In this document: in pieces, positions 19,458-28,603 of the stretch
Position numbering within the stretch: the stretch's first letter is position 1
Layout of the letters: every line of letters begins with the position of its first letter
Assembly: GCA_902593475.1 (NCBI GenBank)
Contig: CACJIM010000004.1
Location: 340-64,339, forward strand
Source of the DNA: an uncultured Candidatus Actinomarina sp.
Lineage (GTDB): Bacteria > Actinomycetota > Acidimicrobiia > Actinomarinales > Actinomarinaceae
Reading direction: 5' to 3'
Length of the DNA stretch: 64,000 bases
Position numbers and translations under genes: made by a program
The notes under the pieces: generated by a model
What the model was told of the DNA's origin: nothing
What the model saw: only the letters and a program-made list of their open reading frames with translations
The model's database searches: none

Positions 19458-20922
19458 AAAATTAATTGGATCTATCTCAGTAATAACTTTTTCTTATGCA
19501 GCAAGTAGAGTGCTTGGATTTTTTAGAGAAATACTCCTGGCTAATTGGGCAGGAGTATCTGAAGCTACAGATACATTGGACTTAGCATTTATAATTCCTG
19601 ACTTTCTTTTCTATCTTTCTGCTGGAGGCTATCTAGCAATCACATTGATACCAATAATGAGTAAGAAAGACAAAGAAGAGTTAGAAAAATATTTCCTTTC
19701 AATTCTTTACGGTCTTTCAATAGTTTTTGTACTTTTTTCACTAATTACGTATTCTTTTAGATTTCAATTTGCAGAGTTTTTAGAGATCGAGTCATTAGAT
19801 TTTTTTACAAAGGTATTTACTCCAATTATTTTTAGCCAAGTATTTTTCTTTATTGGAGCAATACTTATGTCATATCAATATTTTCATGACAGCTTTAAAT
19901 ATGCTGCACTTGCACCAATAATTTATAACTCAACAATTATTTTATTTGGGTGGGTAAATTCATCATCCCCCGAAGAAACTGTTGAAGGTTTTGCTTTTGG
20001 AACATTAATTGGTTCAATAATAGGTCATTTTATAATTCAGGTTTATGGTGCAAAAAAATCGGGATTAAACTTCTATTTTCTTATTCCAAAAATAAAACAC
20101 TTGAAAGAATACATTGTTATTTCATTCCCATTAATTATTGGTCAATCAATTGCAGTAATAGATGAGCAGCTATTTAGAATTTTTGGTACATTTCTTACCG
20201 CTGGAAGTGTTGCAACGTTTAGATACGCAAGAAGGATAGCCCTTCTTCCGGTTGGTATTATTGCTCAGGCGGTTGGGGTGGCAAGCTATCCGTTGCTTTC
20301 TAGGCTTTATCAAAAAAACGAAATTGATGAATTATCTAAACTAGTAAAAAAACAGCTATCTTATTTGTTTCTAATTGGTGGGTCATTGATGGTTGGTGCA
20401 ATTGTAAATGCAGATTACTTAATAAAAATAATTTATGAACGAGGAGCTTTTACAAGTTCAGATACAGCTCGAGTTAGCGGAGTATTTGTTATTATTTCTC
20501 TTGCAATAATTCCTTGGTCTATCAACCAGATTCTTACAAGATCGTATTATGTCCAGCAAAAATTTTGGTTTCCTGTAATAACGGGTAGCTTTATTACTCT
20601 TTTAACATCAATAATACTTTTTAATGCTGCAAGTAATTCTCAAACATATGCATGGATTATAATTTCCTCCTTATACATATACTGCATAGTGTTACTCGCA
20701 TCGATTAAATTTAATTCAGAAAAAATTTTTAATAAAAATTTAGTAGTTGAGTTTTCTAAAATTACCTTGATTCTTGTTTTAGTTTATTTTGTTTTTGGAA
20801 TCGCAGTTTCACTTTCTGGAATATTAAACTTAATTTTTAGCTTATTACTTATACCTGTAGTGATTTTTGTCTCATTAAGCTTGCTAAACTTTGAGTATAT
20901 TAATATAGCTAAAAGAAGATAA
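19444..20922 (+). CDS. murJ: Lipid II flippase MurJ/MviN
   Basis: 492 aa with about 14 TM segments. It carries the N-terminal SRVLGFFRE motif and an internal RYARRIALLPVGI segment. Confidence 0.85.
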   Translation: MQNYKKLIGSISVITFSYAASRVLGFFREILLANWAGVSEATDTLDLAFIIPDFLFYLSAGGYLAITLIPIMSKKDKEELEKYFLSILYGLSIVFVLFSLITYSFRFQFAEFLEIESLDFFTKVFTPIIFSQVFFFIGAILMSYQYFHDSFKYAALAPIIYNSTIILFGWVNSSSPEETVEGFAFGTLIGSIIGHFIIQVYGAKKSGLNFYFLIPKIKHLKEYIVISFPLIIGQSIAVIDEQLFRIFGTFLTAGSVATFRYARRIALLPVGIIAQAVGVASYPLLSRLYQKNEIDELSKLVKKQLSYLFLIGGSLMVGAIVNADYLIKIIYERGAFTSSDTARVSGVFVIISLAIIPWSINQILTRSYYVQQKFWFPVITGSFITLLTSIILFNAASNSQTYAWIIISSLYIYCIVLLASIKFNSEKIFNKNLVVEFSKITLILVLVYFVFGIAVSLSGILNLIFSLLLIPVVIFVSLSLLNFEYINIAKRR

Positions 20923-21263
20923 TGCAAAAATTTCCATTAAAAAAAGGTCTCTCTAGTGCCCAAGATTTGCACAATGAAATCAAAGAGTACATTGATGTTC
21001 TTATGGGACACATCAATCCACCAATAGCTGATGGGGTAGATACTTTATTCGAGGTTAGTAGTACTTACCTTGCCAGAGCAAAAGAGATAGAAATAAAACT
21101 TTTAGAAAGAGAAAGAAACACAAAAATCGAATCTGGTGATGAGTTAAAGAAATTTCGAACTGGTGAATTAAGAAGCTTTATTGAATTATGTAAAAGTGCT
21201 CAAAATCAAGGCTCAAGAAGAATAACAGTTGCATTAAGTGAACTAAATCTTAAAGAAAATTAA
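20922..21263 (+). CDS. Hypothetical protein
   Basis: 113 aa, helical and charged, with no family recognised. Its ATG overlaps the murJ stop, and its stop overlaps the convergent dnaX stop. Confidence 0.5.
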   Translation: MQKFPLKKGLSSAQDLHNEIKEYIDVLMGHINPPIADGVDTLFEVSSTYLARAKEIEIKLLERERNTKIESGDELKKFRTGELRSFIELCKSAQNQGSRRITVALSELNLKEN

Positions 21264-22801
21264 TCAATACTCTCAACATCAAAAATTTCACTGATGTTAC
21301 TTTGCACATCTTTACTTGTTTGATTATTATTTTGAAGCCCTTCATGCGGTTGAATCGCAACAGTTACTTCTACTCCCATTTTCTGGGTAACATTTGATTT
21401 AATTAACTCAATAATTTCATCCGACTTACGAAGTTCAGATATCAAATATTCGTTTTCACTATCTATATATAGAGTTAAATTATTTGAATCTATAACCTCA
21501 GGTTTTACAAGTGTTAAGTAAGAGTATTTTCTTGGTGAAAGAATCGCCTTAGCCTCCTCTAGGATTTTTGGCCAATATACATCGAAGTTCTCAATATCAT
21601 TTTTAACAATTGGTTTCTTAGTATTCTCTTTTGTTGGTTTATCTTTAGCTACTTTTTCATTACCTAGTTTTTTTTTATCTGAAGATGTTTGTTGCTTTTT
21701 AGAAATTTTTTCTGTTACACCATGCTCTTCTAGCATATCAACTCTTCTACTCACAGACTTAATATCCGTCGCTAATTGTGGTTTAATAAGTTTTACTAAA
21801 AATAGTTCTAATTTTAATTCTTGTGATGGTGAAGTTTTAATACTTTGATTAATCTCATCAAGCATATCTAAAATTCTTGATAAATCTTTTGCAGAAATAA
21901 TATCATTACAATTTTTAATTAACTCTTTTTCAGAATCACTTAATGAAGTGAAGTTTTCATCTTCAGGCAGATACTTAAAGTAAAATAAATTTCTAAAAAG
22001 ATCTGTTATTGAATTTAAGATATCAATTGCCTGTAATCCATTTTTATAATTAGCTCTTAGCACTTTGAGAACAGTTGCAGTGTCCTGAGTTCCCATAGCT
22101 TCTAATATTTGAAGTAAATCAGTTATCGTAACCTTTCCTAAAATACTATAAAGTTGTTCCATGGTGGCTTTATTGCCAAAGGTTGAAAAAGTCTGTTCAA
22201 AAAGATTAATGGCATCTCTTAGTGAACCATCACTTTGATTGGCAATGTACTCTAAAACATCTTTAGATAACTTAATCTTTTCAGCCTTACTGATCTTTTC
22301 AAGTGAAGTTGTAATGTCAGTATTTTTTATTCTTTTAAATGCTATCTGTGTTGTTCTGCTTCTAATTGTCTCAATAACTCTTTCTGGTTCAGTTGTTGCA
22401 AGTATAAAAATTACATGCTCAGGTGGCTCTTCAAGAGTTTTTAAAAATGCATTCGAAGCAGCATTGGAAAGCATATGCACTTCATCTAGGATGAATACTC
22501 TTTTCTTTCCTGGACTACTTGCAATAAAATTAACACTATCGTTAAGCTCTCGAACATCATCTACTTTATTGTGAGAAGCTGCATCTATTTCAGTAATATC
22601 AAATACTGGGTCACATCCAATTGTTGTTGCAATAATGCGTGCTAAAGAAGTTTTGCCAACCCCTCTTGGTCCTGAAAATAAGTACGCATGACTCAAATTA
22701 CTGTTTTTTATTTGTTCACTAATAAGTTGTACAGCATCAGATTGACCAACTAACTCCTCTAGAGAGCTGGGTCTATATTTTCTGTAAAGTGCTTCTTGCA
22801 T
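21260..22801 (-). CDS. dnaX: DNA polymerase III subunit tau (gamma/tau)
   Basis: 513 aa with Walker A GPRGVGKTS, DEVHMLS and the SRT sensor (IRSRTT). An A9 run lies at 21668-21676 (see findings). Confidence 0.95.
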   Translation of the reverse strand: MQEALYRKYRPSSLEELVGQSDAVQLISEQIKNSNLSHAYLFSGPRGVGKTSLARIIATTIGCDPVFDITEIDAASHNKVDDVRELNDSVNFIASSPGKKRVFILDEVHMLSNAASNAFLKTLEEPPEHVIFILATTEPERVIETIRSRTTQIAFKRIKNTDITTSLEKISKAEKIKLSKDVLEYIANQSDGSLRDAINLFEQTFSTFGNKATMEQLYSILGKVTITDLLQILEAMGTQDTATVLKVLRANYKNGLQAIDILNSITDLFRNLFYFKYLPEDENFTSLSDSEKELIKNCNDIISAKDLSRILDMLDEINQSIKTSPSQELKLELFLVKLIKPQLATDIKSVSRRVDMLEEHGVTEKISKKQQTSSDKKKLGNEKVAKDKPTKENTKKPIVKNDIENFDVYWPKILEEAKAILSPRKYSYLTLVKPEVIDSNNLTLYIDSENEYLISELRKSDEIIELIKSNVTQKMGVEVTVAIQPHEGLQNNNQTSKDVQSNISEIFDVESID

Positions 22802-22861
22802 ATAAATAAATGTTACTATCTTTTACTTTCCATAATGCATCATACAATTAGACTAAGTCAA

Positions 22862-23413
22862 ATGAGAATAGGTGTTGATTTAGATGGGGTTGTAGCAGAC
22901 TTTACTTACGGATGGACATCTCAATACAAAAAAGACTTCGGTAAAGATATTCTAGAAAAAGATATTACCGAATGGGGCTTATCAAAACCTCTCACTCACT
23001 TCGAGGAAGAAATTGATTTTTGGAATTGGGCAAAAGATTTTAATGGTTCTTCTATATTTAGAAATTTAAGAACATACGACAATGCAGTTGAGGTATTAGT
23101 TGAGTTGTCTATGGCAGGTCATGAAATTGTAATCTTGTCCTCTAAACCATGGTGGTCAATTCACGATACACTTATTTGGCTAGGAGAAAAAAAAGTTCCT
23201 TCTAAAGAAATTCATTTTATTGAAGATAAGTGGAATATAAACTGTGATGTATATATTGATGATGCCCCTCACCAGTTAGAAAACTTTGTTAAACATGTGC
23301 CTGAAAAATTAATTCTTAGATTTGTTCGCCCTTACAATAGACCAGTTTCTGGAACAAAAGATTTAAATGACTGGATGGAATTAAGCTCTTTACTAGAGAG
23401 CTACAACTTGTAA
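22862..23413 (+). CDS. 5'(3')-deoxyribonucleotidase (HAD family)
   Basis: Start is placed at MRIGVDLDGVVADF, the HAD DxDxV motif. The track start at 22796 adds 22 implausible residues that overlap the dnaX start. Confidence 0.75.
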   Translation: MRIGVDLDGVVADFTYGWTSQYKKDFGKDILEKDITEWGLSKPLTHFEEEIDFWNWAKDFNGSSIFRNLRTYDNAVEVLVELSMAGHEIVILSSKPWWSIHDTLIWLGEKKVPSKEIHFIEDKWNINCDVYIDDAPHQLENFVKHVPEKLILRFVRPYNRPVSGTKDLNDWMELSSLLESYNL

Positions 23414-23422
23414 AGTAATTGT

Positions 23423-24403
23423 ATGAACGATTCATTTATCCTTAGAGATAGGATATGGAGAGAGCAGAATGAACGTGTTACTCTATCCAGCAATGCTACT
23501 TTTGCTTCCAAGTCTTTAGGAAGATACTTGGATGAAGAACCAGATGCATTCAGAACATGTTTTGAGAGAGATCGAGATAGAATTATTCACTCAAAAACTT
23601 TCAGAAGATTAAAACATAAAACACAAGTTTTTATCAATCCTGATGGAGATCATTTTATAACAAGAATGACTCATACACTCAATGTAACCCAAATTGGTAG
23701 GTCTATTGCTAAGACATTAGGTTTAAATCCAGATTTGACTGAAGCAATTTGCTTAGGACATGATGTAGGTCACTCACCCTTCGGACATACTGGAGAAGAT
23801 GTATTAAATGAAATGCTAGACGGTGGCTGGAGCCACTCTGAAAACTCCGTAAGAATGCTGTCTGTAATTGAGCCTCTTAACCTAACAAAAGAAACTATAA
23901 ATGGTATTGAAAAACATCCTTGGAGATATAAAGAACCACCTTTTTCTCCCGAAGGATTAATCTGTAGATTTGCTGATAGAATTGCATATCTGTCTCACGA
24001 TGTAGAAGATGCAATTAGAGCTGGTGTTTTAAGAGAATCTGATATACCAAAAAGCATTACTTCTGTTTTAGGTTCACCAGGAAAAACATGGATAAATTCA
24101 TTAATCTCTGGTGTTTTTAAGGCTTCTTCAGGTGGTAGTTTACAAATGGACGATGAAATATTAAAAGTGATGCATGAATTAAGAGAGTTTATGTTTGACA
24201 AAGTCTATTTGAGAGAAGAAACCTTGGCTCAGAGGTCTGAAGCAAAAAATATTGTCGAAGCTTTAGTAATATATTACGAAAAAAATCCTGATAAACTTCC
24301 AGGAAATTATGTTCAAAATCAAAGCGACATTGCAAACTCGGTAGACTACGTTGCAGGAATGACCGATAGGTTTGCTATTTCAACCTATAATTCTATTCAT
24401 TAA
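23423..24403 (+). CDS. dgt: dGTP triphosphohydrolase-like HD-domain protein
   Basis: 326 aa with FERDRDRIIHSKTFRRLKHKTQVF and HD motif GHDVGHSPFGH. Confidence 0.88.
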   Translation: MNDSFILRDRIWREQNERVTLSSNATFASKSLGRYLDEEPDAFRTCFERDRDRIIHSKTFRRLKHKTQVFINPDGDHFITRMTHTLNVTQIGRSIAKTLGLNPDLTEAICLGHDVGHSPFGHTGEDVLNEMLDGGWSHSENSVRMLSVIEPLNLTKETINGIEKHPWRYKEPPFSPEGLICRFADRIAYLSHDVEDAIRAGVLRESDIPKSITSVLGSPGKTWINSLISGVFKASSGGSLQMDDEILKVMHELREFMFDKVYLREETLAQRSEAKNIVEALVIYYEKNPDKLPGNYVQNQSDIANSVDYVAGMTDRFAISTYNSIH

Positions 24404-25205
24404 ATTTAGGATCTCTTTTTTCAAGGAATGCCGTTACGCCTTCTCTAAGATCTTCTGAAACTAAGAATGAAGTACTCCAAAGCTTTGCATATTCAAGTCC
24501 TTGGTCAACTGTTAAATTAGCACTTTTTTCTAATGCTTGTTTGGTTGCCTGTACAATTCTTTTGGAGTTGGATGAAATTTCATTGGCAAGCTTCTCTCCT
24601 GCTTCAAATAACTCATCTGAGTTTTCATATGCCTTGCTAACAAATCTAATTCTTTCAGCGTGTTCACCATCAAAAATTCTTCCCGTAAGTGCAAGCTCAT
24701 TCATATCTCCACTTGATACAATTTTTGGCATCCTCTGAATAACTCCTACATCAGCAACTAAACCTAGTTTTGTTTCGCCTATAGAAAACTTTGTGTCTTT
24801 GGTGGCTAATCTAATATCGCAAGCGGATACTAAGCTTGTAGCACCACCTATACAAAACCCATGAGCAAGTGCAATTGTTGGTATTTTAGATTTAGCTATA
24901 GTTGTAAATGCATCTTGCATCCTTTCGACAAGTTCCATTAATTCACGCCTGTCCTGAGGTGTTGAAGATAAATTTTCATTCAAGCTCATATCAGACATAA
25001 ACATTGTTATGTCTATACCAGCGGAAAAGCTATCTCCTTTACCAGATATGACAATGCAGCTAGCTTCCTCTTTTTCGTTTATTTCTTCAATAATTTTTGG
25101 TAGCCCAAACCAAACATCAGAATCAAGGGCATTTTTTTTATCTGGTCTGTTTATCCAAATATACGCAACATTACCTTTAATTTCTTTAATTAATTTATCA
25201 TCCAT
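24393..25205 (-). CDS. Enoyl-CoA hydratase/isomerase (crotonase) family
   Basis: 270 aa with INRPDKKNAL and a GFCIGGATSL oxyanion-hole region. Confidence 0.85.
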   Translation of the reverse strand: MDDKLIKEIKGNVAYIWINRPDKKNALDSDVWFGLPKIIEEINEKEEASCIVISGKGDSFSAGIDITMFMSDMSLNENLSSTPQDRRELMELVERMQDAFTTIAKSKIPTIALAHGFCIGGATSLVSACDIRLATKDTKFSIGETKLGLVADVGVIQRMPKIVSSGDMNELALTGRIFDGEHAERIRFVSKAYENSDELFEAGEKLANEISSNSKRIVQATKQALEKSANLTVDQGLEYAKLWSTSFLVSEDLREGVTAFLEKRDPKFNE

Positions 25206-25228
25206 TTAATTAATTTTAGTATGATTGT

Positions 25229-25894
25229 TTGATGGATGTATTCGAAGCTTTATATACAACACGTGCAATGCGAAGAGTTAGTGAAGATCCAATTCCTGAT
25301 GATGTTTTAAAACAAATGGTTGATGCTGGTATTCGGGCACCTAGTGGTTCTAATCGTCAAGGTTGGAAATTTATTGTAGTAACTGATCCAGAAATAAAAA
25401 ATCAACTTGGAGATTCGTACAGAGAGGCTTGGGATTTTTATGTTAAAGAATTTTATGGAGGTACTTCAGACATGGGAGCATCTAATGTCCTTGATGATGA
25501 AAAGGCTCAGCAAGTAGTTCGAATTAGTAAATCAGCAGCATGGCTTTCTGAAAATTTTCACAAAGTGCCTGCAATGTTTGTCGTATTATCAAGAAATGAT
25601 CCAACTGGTTCTTCTATATATCCTGCAATTTGGAGCATAATGCTTGCTGGAAGAGCACATGGTGTAGGTACTTGCTTGACAACCGTTTTAGGAATGTTTA
25701 AGCCTGAAAAAGCCTTTGAAATTTTAAGTATTCCAAACGACAAAGGATGGAAGATAGATGCTGTCATAACTGCAGGTTATCCTTTAGGTAAATGGGGTGT
25801 CGCAAAAAGAAATCCTGTGGATGAAGTTACTTATTTAAACACATGGGGCAATGAAACTAATTGGAATTTAAAAGAGCCCCTCTGGAATTACTAA
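25229..25894 (+). CDS. Nitroreductase family protein
   Basis: 221 aa with N-terminal TTRAMRR and PSGSNRQGWKF motifs. The ATG at 25232 is an equally plausible start. Confidence 0.8.
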   Translation: MMDVFEALYTTRAMRRVSEDPIPDDVLKQMVDAGIRAPSGSNRQGWKFIVVTDPEIKNQLGDSYREAWDFYVKEFYGGTSDMGASNVLDDEKAQQVVRISKSAAWLSENFHKVPAMFVVLSRNDPTGSSIYPAIWSIMLAGRAHGVGTCLTTVLGMFKPEKAFEILSIPNDKGWKIDAVITAGYPLGKWGVAKRNPVDEVTYLNTWGNETNWNLKEPLWNY

Positions 25895-25910
25895 TTTAAT
25901 AAAAATAGAG

Positions 25911-25984
25911 CACGCCCGGAGGGAGTCGAACCCCCAACCTTCTGATCCGTAGTCAGATGCTCTATCCAGTTAAGCTACGGGCGC
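25911..25984 (-). tRNA. tRNA-Arg (anticodon ACG)
   Basis: Reverse complement is GCGCCCGTAGCTTAACTGGATAGAGCATCTGACTACGGATCAGAAGGTTGGGGGTTCGACTCCCTCCGGGCGTG. It forms a cloverleaf with anticodon loop CTACGGA and T-loop GGTTCGA. Confidence 0.93.
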
Positions 25985-25988
25985 ATTG

Positions 25989-26075
25989 CGGAGAGGGAGG
26001 GATTCGAACCCTCGAGGGAATTTCTTCCCCACTCGCTTAGCAGGCGAGCACTTTAGGCCACTCAGTCACCTCTCC
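25989..26075 (-). tRNA. tRNA-Ser (anticodon GCT)
   Basis: Reverse complement begins GGAGAGGTGACTGAGTGG. The anticodon stem-loop is CTCGC-CTGCTAA-GCGAG, with a long variable arm and T-loop GGTTCGAATCC. Confidence 0.92.
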
Positions 26076-26082
26076 AAGTCAG

Positions 26083-26168
26083 CGGAGGGAGTGGGATTCG
26101 AACCCACGGTATGGAATACATACAATAGTTTTCAAGACTATCGCCTTCGTCCGCTCGGCCATCCCTCC
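26083..26168 (-). tRNA. tRNA-Ser (anticodon TGA)
   Basis: Reverse complement begins GGAGGGATGGCCGAGCGG. The anticodon stem-loop is ATAGT-CTTGAAA-ACTAT, with a long variable arm and T-loop GGTTCGAATCC. Confidence 0.92.
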
Positions 26169-26188
26169 AGATGGTTTCTTTCTTTTTG

Positions 26189-26277
26189 CGGAGGGAGAGG
26201 GATTCGAACCCTCGAAGGGGATAAACCCTTACACGCTTTCCAAGCGTGCGCACTAGGCCAGACTATGCGATCCCTCC
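26189..26277 (-). tRNA. tRNA-Ser (anticodon GGA)
   Basis: Reverse complement begins GGAGGGATCGCATAGTCTGG. The anticodon stem-loop is CACGC-TTGGAAA-GCGTG, with a long variable arm and T-loop GGTTCGAATCC. Confidence 0.92.
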
Positions 26278-26304
26278 GAAAAAAAACCTGAGATTCTATT
26301 TTAG

Positions 26305-26763
26305 TTATCTCTTACTGTCAAAGAAAGAGGATAATATAGCTTCAGATTCATGGGAAAGAATATTATCTTTTATCTCGACATGATGGTTAAGTCGAGGGTC
26401 TTGTGGAATATTATATAATGAATATGCTGCTCCCGCTTTAAGGTTAGGTGCTCCATAAATAAGTTTGCTAATTCTAGCATTTAAAATTGCACCCGCACAC
26501 ATGGCGTCTGGTTCTAAAGTTACTACTATTGTTGCCTCTTCAAGTCTCCAAGTACCTAGGATTTGTGAGGCTTCTTCTAAAACTAGTATCTCCGCATGAG
26601 AGATTGGATTTTGGTCTATTTCTCTTCTGTTGTGATTTGCACAAATTAAATTATCTTCCTTATCAAATATTGCTGCACCCACAGGGACCTCATCAATATC
26701 ATACGCTTTCCTTGCTTCCCTAAGAGCTACCCTCATCTTGTCTTCGTCTGATTTATATTTCAT
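26305..26763 (-). CDS. tadA: tRNA adenosine(34) deaminase
   Basis: 152 aa that aligns end to end with TadA (VPVGA, SHAEIL, TLEP-AMCAGA, KLIYGA). The first Cys of the PCxxC zinc motif is Asp here (see findings). Confidence 0.88.
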   Translation of the reverse strand: MKYKSDEDKMRVALREARKAYDIDEVPVGAAIFDKEDNLICANHNRREIDQNPISHAEILVLEEASQILGTWRLEEATIVVTLEPDAMCAGAILNARISKLIYGAPNLKAGAAYSLYNIPQDPRLNHHVEIKDNILSHESEAILSSFFDSKR

Positions 26764-26803
26764 CTTATTTAATTATCTCAAGTGTTGATGTTAATATAAC
26801 CAA

Positions 26804-27358
26804 ATGTTTGAGTTTTTCATTTTTGCATTTGTAACTGCAATCACACCAGGGCCAAACAATTCCATGCTTATGGCCTCTGGAATAAAGTTCGGTAGAAAAG
26901 CGTCAATACCCCATTTTCTTGGTATCTGGTTAGGATTTACTTTCTTATTTTTTGTTGGTGGATTTTTACTTTCATATGTACCTGCTCAAATTTTTGATTA
27001 CCTTCAGTATGTTGGTTACGCAGTTATTACGTATATTGCCTATAGAATCGCCACAACTTCATTGGATACAAATAAAGAAAGTTCTTCAGTAGATAAGCCT
27101 TTTACTTTTGTACAAGCATGTCTTTTTCAGTGGATAAACCCAAAAGGGGTTGTCATGGCTGTATCAGGACTTACTGCGTTTAATATTACAAACAACCAAG
27201 GCGCTTTGATATATTTCTTAGTTCTACCTTTTTGTGTGGGAATATGGTTAATACTTGGAGAACAACTTCAAAATAGTTTAGAAAAAAATAAAACAGTTGC
27301 TCGTGCAACATACGTGGTGCTCGGCATAAGCATGATTGCTAGTTTGTTATTAGCCTAG
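26804..27358 (+). CDS. LysE/RhtB family amino-acid exporter
   Basis: 184 aa with about 5-6 TM segments. The N-terminal ITPGPNN motif is present. Confidence 0.8.
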   Translation: MFEFFIFAFVTAITPGPNNSMLMASGIKFGRKASIPHFLGIWLGFTFLFFVGGFLLSYVPAQIFDYLQYVGYAVITYIAYRIATTSLDTNKESSSVDKPFTFVQACLFQWINPKGVVMAVSGLTAFNITNNQGALIYFLVLPFCVGIWLILGEQLQNSLEKNKTVARATYVVLGISMIASLLLA

Positions 27359-28600
27359 GTTTTTAACTCCAATAATCTCAGCAACTTTATCAGAGAACTC
27401 AACTTTTCCATCTTCAGTTTGATTATTTTCAATTAAAGCAATTAAAATTCTTCCAACTGCAATGGCTGTTCCATTTAGAGTGTGTAATATACTAGTTTCT
27501 CCTTCTGACTTTGCTCTTATGTTTAACCTTCTTGCTTGAAAGCTTGTTGTGTTGGAGCAAGAAGTGACCTCTCTATACGTATTTTGACTTGGTATCCATG
27601 CTTCAATATCGTATTTTTTAGCAGCAGAAGCACCTAGATCTCCTGCGCAAACATCTACTACTCTATATGGAATTTCCAAAGACTGTAGCAGTTCTTCTTC
27701 TACTGATAGAATAAATTCATGTTCCTCTTCAGACTTTTCAGGATTACAGAAGGAGAACATCTCAACTTTATCAAACTGATGGACTCTAAATATTCCTGTT
27801 GTGTCTTTTCCGTAAGTTCCAGCTTCTCGTCTAAAACATGTTGAAAAACCAGCATATCTTATAGGCAATTCTTCTATATTGAGAATCTCATTGGTGTGCA
27901 GTGCAGCAAGGGGAACTTCAGAAGTACCCACTAGATATAAATCATCATTTGGAATTTCATAAACTTGCTCTGCATCATCTGGAAAGAAGCCTGTACCGTA
28001 CAAAGCATTTTCTCTTACCAAAACTGGTGGGACTGTAGGAGTAAATCCTTTTTCTGATAATTTATTTAATGCCCAAGAGACTAAATTAAACTCAATTTTT
28101 ACCAAATCTCCAAATAGATATGCAAACCTAGAGCCTGATACTTCAGAAGCTTTTTCGACATCTATTAAATTTAATTTAGAAGCAATTTCTAAGTGATCTT
28201 TTGGATTAGATATATCTTTTATATTTCCAACTTTTTTAATTTCTAAATTATCTTTGTCAGATGTACCATCTGGAGAAGTTTTTGAAATTAAATTAGGAAT
28301 TTTTACCCATAGATTTAAGAACTCTTCATCTTTTTTATCAACTTGTTCAAACAACAACTTGACCTCGTTACTTAATTCTGAAGCACTGTTTAATAATCTC
28401 TCTTTTTCACTTTCATCGGCATTTGCAATTTGCTTACCTAATTCCTTTTGTTGAGAACGTTTTTGTTCTGCATCGAATCGTAATGACTTTCTTTCTTCAT
28501 TTAAAGTAATTAAATGATTTACGTCTATTTCTAAATTTCTTCTGGAAATATTTGTTTCTAATATATCTAAATTATCTTTTAATATTGCGGGATCTAACAT
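27350..28600 (-). CDS. serS: Serine--tRNA ligase
   Basis: 416 aa with an N-terminal coiled-coil arm and class II motifs (FRREAG, TSEVPL, GTAIAVGR). Confidence 0.96.
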   Translation of the reverse strand: MLDPAILKDNLDILETNISRRNLEIDVNHLITLNEERKSLRFDAEQKRSQQKELGKQIANADESEKERLLNSASELSNEVKLLFEQVDKKDEEFLNLWVKIPNLISKTSPDGTSDKDNLEIKKVGNIKDISNPKDHLEIASKLNLIDVEKASEVSGSRFAYLFGDLVKIEFNLVSWALNKLSEKGFTPTVPPVLVRENALYGTGFFPDDAEQVYEIPNDDLYLVGTSEVPLAALHTNEILNIEELPIRYAGFSTCFRREAGTYGKDTTGIFRVHQFDKVEMFSFCNPEKSEEEHEFILSVEEELLQSLEIPYRVVDVCAGDLGASAAKKYDIEAWIPSQNTYREVTSCSNTTSFQARRLNIRAKSEGETSILHTLNGTAIAVGRILIALIENNQTEDGKVEFSDKVAEIIGVKNLG

Positions 28601-28603
28601 AAG

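Noticed and set aside
25986-26291. ORFs of 101 aa (forward strand) and 63 aa (26062-26253, reverse strand), rich in Arg, Gly and Pro
   Set aside because: They are made entirely of the GC-rich tRNA-Ser/Arg cluster. Their composition is an artefact of tRNA sequence, not coding.
25895-26304. The tRNA cluster as an integration hotspot or genomic-island boundary
   Set aside because: There is no integrase, no direct repeat of a tRNA 3' end, and no compositional shift. Flanking genes are ordinary housekeeping genes.
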